Part shown: positions 50,309 through 62,598 of the stretch, one piece after another
Layout: each line of letters opens with the position of its first letter
How positions within the stretch are numbered: position 1 is the first letter of the stretch
Origin: Phoronis australis
Taxonomy: Eukaryota > Animalia > Phoronida
Reading direction: 5' to 3'
Length of the DNA stretch: 64,000 nucleotides
NCBI GenBank assembly: GCA_002633005.1
Contig: NMRA01000715.1
Span: forward strand, 90,971 to 154,970
Made by a program: the position numbers and the translations under genes
Notes under the pieces: model-generated
The model's input: the letters and a program-made list of their open reading frames with translations, nothing else
Told to the model about the DNA's origin: nothing
Databases searched by the model: none

Positions 50309-53300
50309 ATGAACATGAAGATGATCAAGTTGAACAACAATTGTATGATGCCCCTTATTGGTTGTAAGTAATCGTCTCTGTGTTCTGCTGTGAACCCTGG
50401 ATTATTGTTTCACTCTGTGCTGTGCTTAGAACAATGAGTCCTTTTAACTTTGTGCTATACTGAGAACAATTTGCTGTATTGTGAATGATGAGTCATTGTT
50501 TCATTCTGTGCTGTACTGCTGTCAGCAATGAGCCATTGTTCATTCTGTGTTGTGAACGATGAGCATTTGTTTCATTCTGAGCTGTGCCATCAGCAATTAT
50601 CCATTGTTTCACTCTGTGGTAGAACTAGTAAGTGGTGACGTCTTAATCAAAAGTTGTTTTGTGTTTGAAGGTGGGTTAATTTATAGATCTTCATTGATTT
50701 TTATATTGTCGCTTAAATTATTTTATCAAATATACATGCTCCAAACGTACGTACCAAACTTTCTTCCTGCCTCCTATGTGACATGTTGCTTTGTGATAGA
50801 TTATGTACCTCTGTTCTCTATGTCATCTCACTGTGCACTTCTGTTCTCTGTGTCCCCTCACTATGCACCTCTGTTCTAAGTGTCACCTCTCTATGCACCT
50901 CTGTTCTCTGTGTCACCTCACTATGCACCTCTGTTCTAAGTGTCACCTCTCTATGTTGTTTCAAAAGTTGTTTGCCACAAGTAATGGGAGCTTTGCCAAA
51001 TATTTTTTTGTGCCATTACCAAGTTAACAATAGTCTGAGTAAAACTTAATCATTTTTGTGGGAAAATTTGACAAATTGTCTACCATATTGTGTGCCAGGA
51101 GGCATTACTAAGTACCGGTATATGTAAAGTTTGGAAACTTATCTCACAATATTTGCTGACCTAAATGTTAAGTACAGTATTAGCACAGTTTTAAAATGTC
51201 CCTTCATGTATCCATCTGCAGGGCCCACTTGCATAAAAATTACAGGCTGCATAGCAACAGTGACGTCGCATTATCACTCATCACGTTGTTATTGTTGAAC
51301 AATGTGCCTGACGTCATGCAACAGTCAAACTTATCCAGCAGATAATTTCCAGTTTTCAATGCAACCCAATCCTGATAATGACTGGTTTTTATTTTCAGTT
51401 TAAAGTACCTCACGTTTTTTAGATTAGGTATTTTTAACGGAAATGTAAATAAAGAAATAGGTAATATGTTTTCATTCCAGTGGGCACATACAAAGTAACA
51501 GGGGAGATAATGTATTCAGTGTTGGAAGCTGCCTTGAGGTCTGGTTATAGAGCAATTGGTGAGTTGACTGAAAATAACCACCTAGGCACGGTGACAGTCA
51601 GACAGATATTTAACAAACAACGGTTGTGTCACTGGTTACAACACTGTGTCACTGGTCATAGCACTGCGTCACTGGTCACAGCGTTGCATCACTGGTCACA
51701 GCGTTGCGTCACTGGTCACTGCGCTGCGTCACTGGTCACTGCGCTGCGTCACTGGTCACTGTGCTGCGTCACTGGTCACAGTGCTGCATCACTGGTTACA
51801 GCGCTGTGTCACTGGTCACAGGGCTGCATCACTGGTCACTGCGCTGCGTCACTGGTCACAGGGCTGCATCAATGGTCACTGCGCTGCATCACTGGTCACA
51901 GCGCTGCGTCACTGGTCACAGGGCTGCATCGTTGGTCACTGAGCTGCGTCACAGGTCACAGCGCTGCGTCACTGGTCATAGCGCTGCATCACTGGTCACA
52001 GCACTGTGTCACTGGTCACAGGGCTGTGTTACTAGCTACAGTGCTGTCTCACTCCTTGCGCTCTACGTGAAAATTTGATGTCACAATTTCAGTTGCACTA
52101 CTTGTAAGACATAAACTTCGTAGCTCGATCATTTTGATGGAATGTGTCTTTGTTCACCAATTTATTTGATGAGTGTTATAACAAACTTTTAAAAATGAAA
52201 TCTCAGCAGCCATATTTAAATATTCACATTCAAGTTTCTACACTGACAGTGGTTGACAGGGACATCATTAATACCTTTCACAAATTGCCCGAATCTTAAC
52301 TGCAGGTGTATGAACATAGAGAAATCACCGAAATACTGAAATCTCAAGTGAACGGTTTCCAGTCCCAATTTAAGGGAATTTTGATTTATAAATTGACTAC
52401 ATCTATGCAATTATTTCCAGAAAAATTTCAAAACTATTCTAATTTGTTTTCAGATACAGCTTGGGGTTACAGGAATGAATCTTTCATAAGTCAGGAACTG
52501 GCTAAACTTTTGCCGTCAATGAATTTGAAAATGTCGGACATTTTCCTGACTAGCAAGCTTCGTGAGTATGACAGTTTGACGATTTGCCCAAATAAAGTAA
52601 TTGTGCATGCTATGTCAAGAGTCTGAACGAACCATGTATGTTGGTCAATGCAAACTGCTTTCCAACACTGCCAACTCTGGCCCTTAGCCACCATGATGGT
52701 CGTAACCAACTCACAATTCACAGCATGTAGTGTTTACATGTTGTGAATCATGGTGAATAAACAGATATTAATATCAAAATATTAATTAATATTCAATAAG
52801 CACACCAGTCCTGTACAAACATAATTTAGACACAGTTCTTAATTTTCTGATTTACACGATTTTCAATGTAAGACTTAAGGCATATACCATGATTATTCTA
52901 ACAGCTCGAGATTTTTCGTAACGAGTTCACTCTTTGTTGAATTGTTTTTCAGTTATAGGAAATATTTTAAAAAATGATTTAATATTGTGCAACAATATGT
53001 TTTGGGTAATTTAGAATATACAGCTGCAAAAGTGTGATTCACTAATAAACAACAAGGACGAAATTGTGACAATCTCACCATCTGCCAGGACTGGTTTCAG
53101 TGCCAATAGCTGGCTTATTAGCTCTGTTCCTCTGTAGTCATTTATGTGTTCATCAGATGTTGTGCAGTCTGGTGCATAGAACTGTTTAAAAAACTCAACA
53201 CTCGTTATGGTTTGTCCATGTGCAGTGCACTGGGTGGGTGCATGTCAAGGTGCACTGGGTAGGCGCATATCAAGGTGTACTGGGTGGGTGCATATCAAGG

Positions 53301-56300
53301 TGCACTGGGTAGGCGCATATCAAGGTGTACTGGGTGGGTGCATATCAAGGTGCACTGGGTGGACACATATCAAGGTGCACTGGGTGGGTGAGTATCAAGG
53401 GGCACTGGGTGGGTGCATATCAAGGTGCAGTGGGTGACCACATATCAAGGTGCACTGGGTTGGCACACACCAAGGTGTACTGGGTGGCCACATATCAAGG
53501 TGCACTGGGTGGCCACATATCAAGGTGCACTGGGTGGGCACATATCAAGGTGCACTGGGTGGGCACACACCAAGGTGTACTGGGTGGCCACATATCAAGG
53601 TGAACTGGGTGGCCACATATCAAGGTGCACTGGGTGGCAGCATATCAAAACTCTTGCTTTTGATGAATGGTCACATTCTTTTGCAAGTGTTGTACAGCAC
53701 ATTTGTTTAACATTTTTTACGGATTTAATTGATAATCTCTTGGTGAACCAATGGATAAGTATCAGGGATGTGTATAACACTGACCATCAGCTATCACATG
53801 CAAGTCCAATAATTTGTGACTGCTTGTTATTTTTTGCTTTTAGCCCCTAAACACCACGGCTATGAGCAGTGTGTGAAGAGTTGCCTAGAGTCCCTGGACA
53901 ACTTACAGGTGCCATGTCTTGACCTTTACCTCATACACTGGCCTGGGGCGCCTAAGATGAAACTAGATGACCCACGACACGCTCAACTGAGGTGGGAGAG
54001 TTGGAAGGCTATGGAGGATCTTGTTACACAAGGTATTCGACACATTATAAATTACGCGATACCTCTCTGAATTAGACTGTGCAGTTGTTGCCCTCACATT
54101 TTCTGCATAATTCAACTGTATGGAGAAAGTGTTGATTGCGGAGAATTTGTGCTGCTGCACTAATCGGCAAACAATCGGTAGCATATGCTTGCAGAGGCAC
54201 GTGACTAGTACACGGGATGATAGTCACGGTAATGTTTTTTCTTGAACGGCAGGACCATGGCCCACTTGTGCCCCCCCCATTCCCATGGCAGTGATGTTAG
54301 TTATACCAAGGGACATTTGAAATCTCACATCCAGGACGCAGTATGGTGGACAAGTGATATTCAATTGTCTCATTTTTTTAAGAACATACTTTGTCTTGTG
54401 GTCTGTTTCATAAAAAGTGACTTAAATCAGACCTCTGTAATGGGGTTATCGTCAGATAATGTTTTGAAAACCTCCAGGTACTGACGATAGTGATAATCGT
54501 CTTTAGTTTGAATGCCTTCAGGCATTGTCAATCATGTAATCATCTTTACTTTGAAACCCTGCAGGCATTGTCAATGACCATAAGGATCTTAAGTTTGAAA
54601 AAAATTAAAAGTTAAATTACGCCAATTCTCTTTGTCCAAAATTAATAAAATTCTCTTTTACAAACGTGTTCAAGTTAAGTGTTTGTTTCTAATATAAGTA
54701 TGAGGAAAAGGAGTGTTTTCTTAATTGAATAGATTGAGTTAACTCTTTTTCTCCAAATATAGGCAAGATCAAGTCGATCGGAGTATCAAACTACACACAG
54801 AGACATCTGGAGGAGTTATTGTCTTTCTGTCGGATAAAGCCTGCTGTTTTACAGGTAGTTTTTCTAATGTCTGATCTCTTTAATATGTTTTCATAAAAAT
54901 TGACACAAGGAAATTCATTTTCCATCCCAAAAAGTGGTAAATACCTGCAGAAATTTTAGACGTCTTCCTCAGTGCATACTAGGGGGCGCTGTACACAGGA
55001 TGTTGTTATGTGTTGTGCTGATTATGTGCTACAGGTATTTACCACTTTTTGGAAAAATGAATTTCCCTGTGTCAGTTGTTATTCACTGTGCTGATGAAAC
55101 TTCTTGAAGATATTTTCGTATAAGGTTTAGTTATTTAAACTGTCCATGCTGACCAAAATTATTTCATCTTCTAAGATGATGCTCCGAATCTCATTATGGC
55201 AGGGGCATGTACCTGGTGAATTTATTTCAGAGTCCATTGCACATTACAATTACCTGACTTCTCTGTATTGCTTTTTTATTATTATCTCTGATCTGGATGT
55301 GAGCAGCTGTATGTGAAACTATTAAAATTTTAGTGCATGCTCTTATGTTCGGAAATCTCAGGCGGTCAACTGATTTCTGAGGACTGCCGATCCTGCATCG
55401 AGGGGTGGATGCCAAACACAAGATTTGAAAACAGCAAAAATGGCCACGTCGTACTGTCGTAAATGTGACCCATTCCATTGCGTGCACCTTTGTAAATTAA
55501 ATGTACATTCACACATTCATTCTCTACTCAGTTCCTCCTGCCGACGAATGAACATGCAATGCAGACAACCCCATGGACTGGCGGCACAAATTTTCACCGA
55601 TCTTGTCAAATTTTTGCCAATGAAACAAGTCCGGCTTCTGAGTGTCTGTTAACTTCCTCTATTTAAGCACGTGTCTGATGTGTGCTGAATGCTGTTGTGG
55701 CAAATGCACTGATTTAACGTAATAAACGGAATAATTTTGAATCAAAGGTAATCAATTTTGGAAAACGGATATTAATTTAAAGTTTTGAAGTCAAAACGAA
55801 TTTTGCAATGAATTTATAGGGAATTATTGACTGACTTTGATACTCGCAGGGGTGACTTCGTGGCAACTTTCCCAGTGCAGGTCGCCAGTGGAATCTCAGA
55901 TTGTGTTTGGCGACCTGTTTGTGATATAAACAGATATAGTGTCCTGTAGGCCTGGGACGCCCTCTTTGGTGATTATGTGACACGTACACAATTTGTCATA
56001 TATGCTCCTCTACTGTCACAACTGAGAGAACCATCCATGCCTGATGTGCACTAGAGATGGACACGGTGACATGTATTGCCCTCTGTTATCAGGTGGAGTA
56101 TCATCCCCATCTAGTGCAGACTGACCTTGTTGACTTCTGCAGACAAAACAACATACACTTCCAAGCATACTCTTCTCTTGGTACTTCTGCTGTTGATAAC
56201 AAGGTAAGTGCAACTCCTTAGGTTCTGCAAACACTCTCCAGTGACTGTTGTTTTAAGTTGCTGGTGCTGAGTTTAGCAAGTTAGATGCCCATTGGCTAAA

Positions 56301-57983
56301 ATTCAAATTAAAACAAATTTCTTGTATGCTCTACACGAAATGAATTGCGATTTTTGATCTGGGTACCACAAAAATTCCAAAGCTATCTGCCATCGCATGC
56401 TTTAACGATATTCACAGAAAAAAATAATCAGCGTGCCTAGAAAAATCTGAAACATTGTCAAGTGCTAATTACCTGAACTTGACCTTTACCGAGTGCATGG
56501 TGATAGGATTACAAATAGAATGGTCGAATTGGCTCTGTAGGAAAAGTGAAAACAAACAACGAACTTGCCAAGGTTTTATTCATTAAAAACATTGCGTTAC
56601 TGATATTTATGTTCGATCGTCAAAGTCTGATAGCCATATTTCAGTTTCAATTCCGCCCTTTGGTCGTTCTGGGAAATACATGGCATATCATTCTTTGTGA
56701 TGAATATTCTTGAGACATAATGGTCATAAAATTGGCTTACTTTTGTGGAAATGAAATGAAGACAATGTTTGTTGAGAAACTTCAAAACTTTGTAAAAACT
56801 CATAAAATCCTGTCTAGTTTTAATTCTAACATTTTAAAACCAGTCATAAAGCTTAAAAAACAAGGGTTCAGCATCTTGAAAACAAAATGAATGATGTCAG
56901 CACTCAGATGTCATGCTGTTGAGTACAATAGAAAAGGACTGGTTTTATACTGGGAGAACTAAACTTGTTTACTTAAAATACTAGGTTCTAGCAGCTTTTG
57001 CAAAAGGAATTGTATTTTGAAGCTTATCTTTGTTGCAGCTACTGTCTGACCACACAGTTAAAGAGATTGGTAAAAAGTATCAGAAAACAGCTGCCCAAGT
57101 ATTGCTACGCTGGGCTGTGCAGCAAGGAATTGGTAAATGTCATTTAGTTCTTGTACTTACAGTTCAACCATGACAAACGTCTTGATGTCAATCTCTCCAG
57201 CAGTTTAATCACCACTTTTCATATAGTGTTTGAAGAACTGTTGTGACATATGACTTAATCAGATGATTGACAGATGGTGCGATTCCAGATGAGTGACAAA
57301 TGGTGGGACTCCATGAAAGTGTCGTATTTGATTCGTTTTTCATTTTGAACTAGAAGTCATTTTCTGAAGTTTTTTGAAAAGTACATTATTTCAAAACTTT
57401 CATGTGAATTTTTGGTTTTACTGTCTGTATTTGCATGCCTCTTTCAGATCACGGCAGTTACACGAATGTTAGCCATTTATAAAATATATTTAAGAAGAAA
57501 CAGTTTCCTCGCTAGTTCATAATGACAACTAGTTCGTTGACAGGCAGGCACCGTTGGCTACGTTTCATTATACAGTAGTCGTATGTTGGGCCAATGTTTG
57601 GTTACTTGGGCAGTTTGCTCACACGCCGACAGTAGTGGGATATAACGTGCCCACATTTTGAGAAGCAGTTTGATGCTCATAATTCAGTGGAGAAAACTGG
57701 TTCTCAAATGTTGGCACGTTTTATCCCTCGATTGCCTATCCGTCAACTAAAAGGTTTGCATATTCGACTATCAGGAGAATGTAGTCAGATTATTTGTGAA
57801 GTAAGCTGGCAATTGTAGAACCTTTTTTTATTTTCAGGGGTAATACCCAAGTCATCTACCCCAGCTTACATCCAACAGAATATTGACATTTTTGATTTTG
57901 AATTATCACCAGAGGATATGAACAGAATATCAAGGCTTGATCAAGGTACCCATTACTGTTGGTATGCCAAGGACATTTTATGA
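50309..57983 (+). CDS. Aldo-keto reductase (AKR5/YtbE/glyoxal reductase-like), 290 aa, 8 coding exons
   Basis: Exons 50309-50363, 51481-51558, 52454-52561, 53844-54032, 54763-54854, 56093-56203, 57039-57132 and 57838-57983, all GT-AG with consistent phases. Motifs: LNNNCMMPLIGLGTY, IDTAWGYRNE (catalytic D, Y), IFLTSKL (K), LDLYLIHWP (H), GKIKSIGVSNY, QVEYHP, AYSSLG, AQVLLRW, VIPKS. An acceptor at 50293-50294 implies a further upstream exon. Confidence 0.95.
50795..50956. repeat. Intronic minisatellite, 30-bp unit
   Basis: CTATGCACCTCTGTTCT(CT/AA)GTGTCACCT(CA/CT) x~5. Confidence 0.9.
51622..52045. repeat. Intronic minisatellite, 20-bp unit x~21
   Basis: GCGCTGC(G/A)TCACTGGTCAC(A/T). This explains the three overlapping repetitive ORFs in the track. 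Confidence 0.95.
53222..53648. repeat. Intronic minisatellite, 25-bp unit x~17
   Basis: CATATCAAGGTG(C/T)ACTGGGTGG(GTG/CCA/GCA). Confidence 0.95.
54901..55074. mobile_element. Small MITE with ~45-bp TIRs in AKR intron 5
   Basis: TGACACAAGGAAATTCATTTTCC..AAAAAGTGGTAAATACCTG pairs with CAGGTATTTACCACTTTTTGGAAAAATGAATTTCCCTGTGTCA. Confidence 0.7.
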
Positions 57984-58083
57984 TATCAGATAGCAGTCAG
58001 TTTGTAGAGGAGATGATATCGGATACCAATCTGTCTGTAGAGGAGATGATGTCGGATAGCAATCAGTCTGTAGAGGAGATGAC
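57981..58083. repeat. 33-bp tandem repeat x3 starting at the AKR stop codon
   Basis: TGAT(A/G)TC(A/G)GATA(G/C)CA(A/G)TC(A/T)GT(C/T)TGTAGAGGAGA x3. Confidence 0.85.
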
Positions 58084-59002
58084 TAGGCTACAGCCTGTCA
58101 TCGGGAAAAACAGAAATACAAGAGACCTTCAGTCCATCTGATGTCAGCTTACACGGATACCCAACCCCGATCTGTTGGAGTACACTCCAAGCTGGTTTTG
58201 TGGTGTTCCTCCAGTAGTGCTGCCCATGAATGACAAAATGCTTAGTCAACTGAAACCCTTTCACACCCTGGAGTAACTTATCTAAAGCGTTGGTCACACT
58301 GGCAGATTGAGTAAACTTCGTATTACGCAAGTGTCAAATTTGCTCCAAAAATTTGAGGATAGACAGTGGTAACAGAATTGTTTTTCAAAGCTACGAAATT
58401 GTAGTTATTATCTGTTAACGACCAAAAATGCAGTTTAGACTTCTTTTAAATACACACAGGAATTGTTGTCATTGTGAAGAGTTATCATTTAAAGTGCTAC
58501 CCTAACAATGTCTTCAGTGGTACTTTTGGGTGTACTATTACTAATTACTGATCAGATACATGTAGTTTTTCTCAGTTCATTTCTGATATGGTAATTAATA
58601 CAGGTGATATTTCAGTTATACACGCCTGTCATGGGTATTTAGAAGCAGTTTTTATGAAGCCCTGTTGGATGCTTACCTGTGCTGTTATGTAATTCGGGTT
58701 GTTCCTTATAAGTATTGGGGGCTAAAATCCACGTCAGACGGGCTTTAAAAATTCAGGTGTGAGTGTTAAACTAATGCGGGCATTAACCCAAACGAGTCTG
58801 ATATCCTTATCATGAACAGGTGAAAGTATTTCAAATTCTTTAAGAATAAGAAACCAACACATTTTGCAGGTCACTCCAACTTGCAACAGTGGGCTTGGCA
58901 GCTCCACCGTGTCTGCTTTATGTAAAGTGACCTGTGACTTAAGTCTGCAGCCAAGTGTAAGGCGTATTGAAATGAACCCTTAATTGCAAGTTGCTCATAT
59001 AA

Positions 59003-59970
59003 TTTTTATGCCCTACATAGTTATATTATGTGGTCGCATATTGCCGTCATCTCTGGATGTCTGTCGTCCGGCATCCGCAGCTGTATCTCCTGAACCCCTT
59101 GCAGGATCTTGATGAGATTTGTCAGATGTGTTCCTAGAGCTAACGACAAATAACGACAAATTTCGAACCTATCCGACTACTGTTGTGCCCCCTAGTGACA
59201 GTTATTGTTTTTGCATTTACTTCTGTATCTTCGGAGGTCCTCAACGGATTTTCATAAAATTTGGTGAGATGATGCTATCCTCCTGTTTTCGGATGGATTC
59301 GAGGTACTTTGCGCCACCTAGTGGTCATTTTCACTGTTTTCGGTGTCCACCCTTCTATCAAGCAAACTGCTCTAGGTACGATTTTCAAAATTGGCATATA
59401 CGTTCTTACTGTGAAGAGTGCGGCTGACGATAATTTGCCCACGACTTTGACTACTGTGGCACCTACTAGTGGCAGTTATTAATGTTTGTTTTTGCACCTA
59501 TGACTGTATCTCCTAAATGCTCTACAGGATCTTCATTGAGTTTTGCTGGTGTATTTATTTGAAGTTTACAACAGAGGACTGTTTTCGAGTTTGTTTTTTG
59601 GCGTTTGGCCCCTCTGTCAGCCAAACCAATCTAAGGATGACTGTGGAAATAATTATTGGCATGTATGTTCCTAATGTGAAAAGGAGGTCTGACGATTTTT
59701 TGACGACTTCATCTACTGTGGCACCTCTTAGTGGCAGTTAAGTTTTTTGCGCCCATAGCCACCTAGTGGCAATTTTATTTTTTTTTTGTTTTCCTCTCAG
59801 AAGTTCCTTGAAGCATTTTTATGAAATTTGGTAAAAACTTTGATGACACATACCAGTTTTCAGATGGATTCAGCCCACTTTGCGCCATCTAGTGGCCATT
59901 TTTATGATTCACATAAACCATTTGGGGTGCATTTCTTGGCGCATTTCAGTGCCAGAGGGTTGCTCTTGTT
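59003..59970 (+). mobile_element. Helentron-associated (HINE/DINE-1-like) non-autonomous element
   Basis: 5' TTTTTATGCCC, a short TGTCTGTCGTCCGGCATCCG microsatellite-like tract, internal degenerate repeats with GCGCCACCTAGTGG and ATGAAATTTGG, and a 3' end in CTCTTGTT. Confidence 0.6.
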
Positions 59971-60417
59971 ATAAAATATTTCTAAACTTGAATATGCTTA
60001 CAAATTACATAGCAAGAACTTTATTCAGTGATGGGAAAGTCAAACTTTCTCAGGTGTCTCTTTGTGAAACAGGCCCGACAGGTACTTCTGTTTTGACACA
60101 TTGAGCCAGACAGTGGCTGGTACTCAATGTTTTATAATTTGAATATTTAAAAAAACCAAGCTGTTGGACCCATGTGGTTCTATAATAAGGTAGGTATTAA
60201 ATCTACACACCATACCCACAGATATACATGTGTGTGAGTGCGCGCGCGCGTGCGTGTATGTGTATACACATTTAGTGGATTTTGGTAGCAAGGCTTCTCA
60301 TAGAAGACCTTCGCCTTGGTTGTAGGGCGCTTTCGCCGTTATTAATGTTTTGGTAAAACTTTACCTTTGGCAAAATGAATAACATCAGGACATGTTTATG
60401 CATTTAACAATAGGGTG

Positions 60418-61011
60418 TTAAATTTCTTTGGGATTAAGTCCGAATTCCAAAAGATTTTTCTTAGTCTTCAGGTGAATCAGTGCCACCTCGTTGTCCCATC
60501 GTGTCTTTGATTTGGACAGCTTCTCCTCCAAAGAATCTAGTGCACTTTCAAACACCGACTCATACGCCAGAGTCATTTGGTTAATCAAATTTTTCAAGCG
60601 CGCTATGTCTTCGTCTTTTTCACGCTCCATTTTGTTCTGGGCCTGTATCGTCTGCGTCAGTTCGTTTTGTGTTTTTTCTAACTTTGTTCTCGTTTCGTCA
60701 AGTTCCGCTGTGAGTTGATCGATTTTGTTGCCCATTTGGCTTTGCATCGTCATGTACAGTCGCGTCAAGTCAGAGCAGACTTCTTTATTGTCGTCTTTTA
60801 TAGACTTCAGTTCTATTTTTGCATCCGACATTTCTTGTTGAAGGATTGCTTCACCTTTTATAGCGCGACGTGCGTTGATTTTTCGCACAGCAAGCTGGTC
60901 ACGGAGTGCGACGATTTCTACTCTAGTCTTTTGCAACTGTTCTTCAAGCTGTTGTTGAACATCGTTAACTGCCGCCTTTTTCTTCTTGCCCTTTGTGGGT
61001 TTCGGGGGCAT
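60418..61011 (-). CDS. CCDC153: Coiled-coil domain-containing protein 153 / dynein regulatory complex subunit 12, 197 aa, single coding exon
   Basis: MPPK..KGKKKK start, LRDQLAVRKINARRA, coiled-coil body, YESVFESALDSLEEKL and C-terminal W.....IH.K.K..L.EFGLNP. These match my recollection of vertebrate CCDC153 (LRDHLALRRDEARRA, YEEILHDSLDRLLAKL, QFGLTP). Confidence 0.85.
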   Translation of the reverse strand: MPPKPTKGKKKKAAVNDVQQQLEEQLQKTRVEIVALRDQLAVRKINARRAIKGEAILQQEMSDAKIELKSIKDDNKEVCSDLTRLYMTMQSQMGNKIDQLTAELDETRTKLEKTQNELTQTIQAQNKMEREKDEDIARLKNLINQMTLAYESVFESALDSLEEKLSKSKTRWDNEVALIHLKTKKNLLEFGLNPKEI

Positions 61012-62598
61012 TTTTGTTCTTTTTGGCTGTGCGCTGTGACCTGTGTGAACTGTTTATCTGAAGTATTCTCAAGTTTGACAGCACGTAGCTTCATCATATT
61101 GACCACGTGCATATTACACAATTTTGACATGGTGACGCGCCTCAGCATTTGTGACCCACTAGTTTCAAGGGAAGTTCATTTAGATGCAATATGACTGGGT
61201 AGTAAACAGACAGGTGACTTGAGCTAGCACAACTGTATAATGACAATGTGTTCACCCAGTTTACTCGGCATATTAATACAAAATCAATGATTGAGCGCAA
61301 ATTTTCGTCGCCAATTCTTAGCCTTCCGAACTGCGGAATTAACCATTAAAAAGTCGCTACACGTGTTCTGCAGCTGAACTGGTGTTAGATGTGATAGGCT
61401 TCAGTACTATGGTCGGCGATAGCCATCAATGAGTGAAGGTAGCATACAGAGAATAAGTGCACGATCGTAGTGCTTAATTTTGTATAACTTAGATTTGTTT
61501 GGAGAAGGGTCATATAGATCAGGGCAGAGGGTTTGGGGGACTTGGTGGCGGACCAGGTGGCCACTAAGAGTTGCTTGCGCACCTTTGTAAGTGCCGAAGA
61601 AAACCGTTTGCTTCAGTGACTGGGGTTTGTCCTACATTTCCCCATAACAATATCAGTGTCCTACTTTTTCATTAATTTTGTTATTAAGATACCCCTATTC
61701 TTCCCTATTTAGTACTGCTAAACAAAAACCCGTAAATTCGTCACTTGTTTACCGTGTAAACACCAACTGTTCCAGAAGGTCCACTGCTATTTTGGTTGTT
61801 TCCGACTGCTGTTGAAGTGAATGGAAATTTAGTCCCGGCTTTCGGATGTAGACCACTTACTGCTATCGGATCCCGGAGAATTATTTTTGCCCATGTTTCA
61901 TCGCGCATCAAATCTGACACGGCGTCAAGCCAACTTGTTCTGCTGAGAGCCAGGTCTCGAGTTGCCTCTGGGTCTCTGGTGAATCAAACAAATGTTTGTG
62001 TGTAGTTGGAAAACGGCCAGGCTTAATCAAACTGTTAGCCTGGGGCTTGGATCACTGTTTGTATTACCCGTATAATACAATTTTCATACAAGGTACTCTA
62101 GATTTCAAAATTTTGTAATTTACTGGAAAATTACGAGAACAATAGGCCTTACCTGCATGAGAAAAGATCTTTCAGTAGATGTGGATGTGGACATTGGAAA
62201 AAAATGCCATTATAGTGGATTCAAAGTAGTTTTTTCGAAACCTTCAACTACACCCGAGAGCTCATAGGACTATGGTGTCGCCGACAGTGCCACTAACATG
62301 TACGTGCAACGCTTCCAAATGAAGGCGTCGCAACGGCCGGACGAAGGCGTCCAACTGCTAGTCGCCGGCCAAATCCCCGTCGACCATAACGAGGTCTTGC
62401 CAAAGCAGTCACCAGGTGGCGAGATCGTCTGGTATACGTGTCGGCTCACCTTATCCAAGAACTGACAAACAACATGTGGACAGTGACGAATGGAAATAGT
62501 TCGACAGATTGAGGCAATGTACGCGAGAAGAGGAAGTAAAATAAAGAAGCCGTACATGTAAGCGCGGGGATGGTCCCTTGGAATTGTTACAGGCGATA

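Noticed and set aside
51480-53850. Repetitive ORFs (HWSLRCVTG..., HWVGAYQG...) or a CRISPR-like array
   Set aside because: These are translations of 20- and 25-bp intronic minisatellites without unique spacers. The AKR exons splice cleanly around them.
61700-62560. GC-richer segments with short ORFs, including MSTSTSTERSFLMQ|GTAAG on the minus strand
   Set aside because: No recognisable domain or consistent multi-exon frame. They could be UTR exons or decayed TE sequence and cannot be supported.
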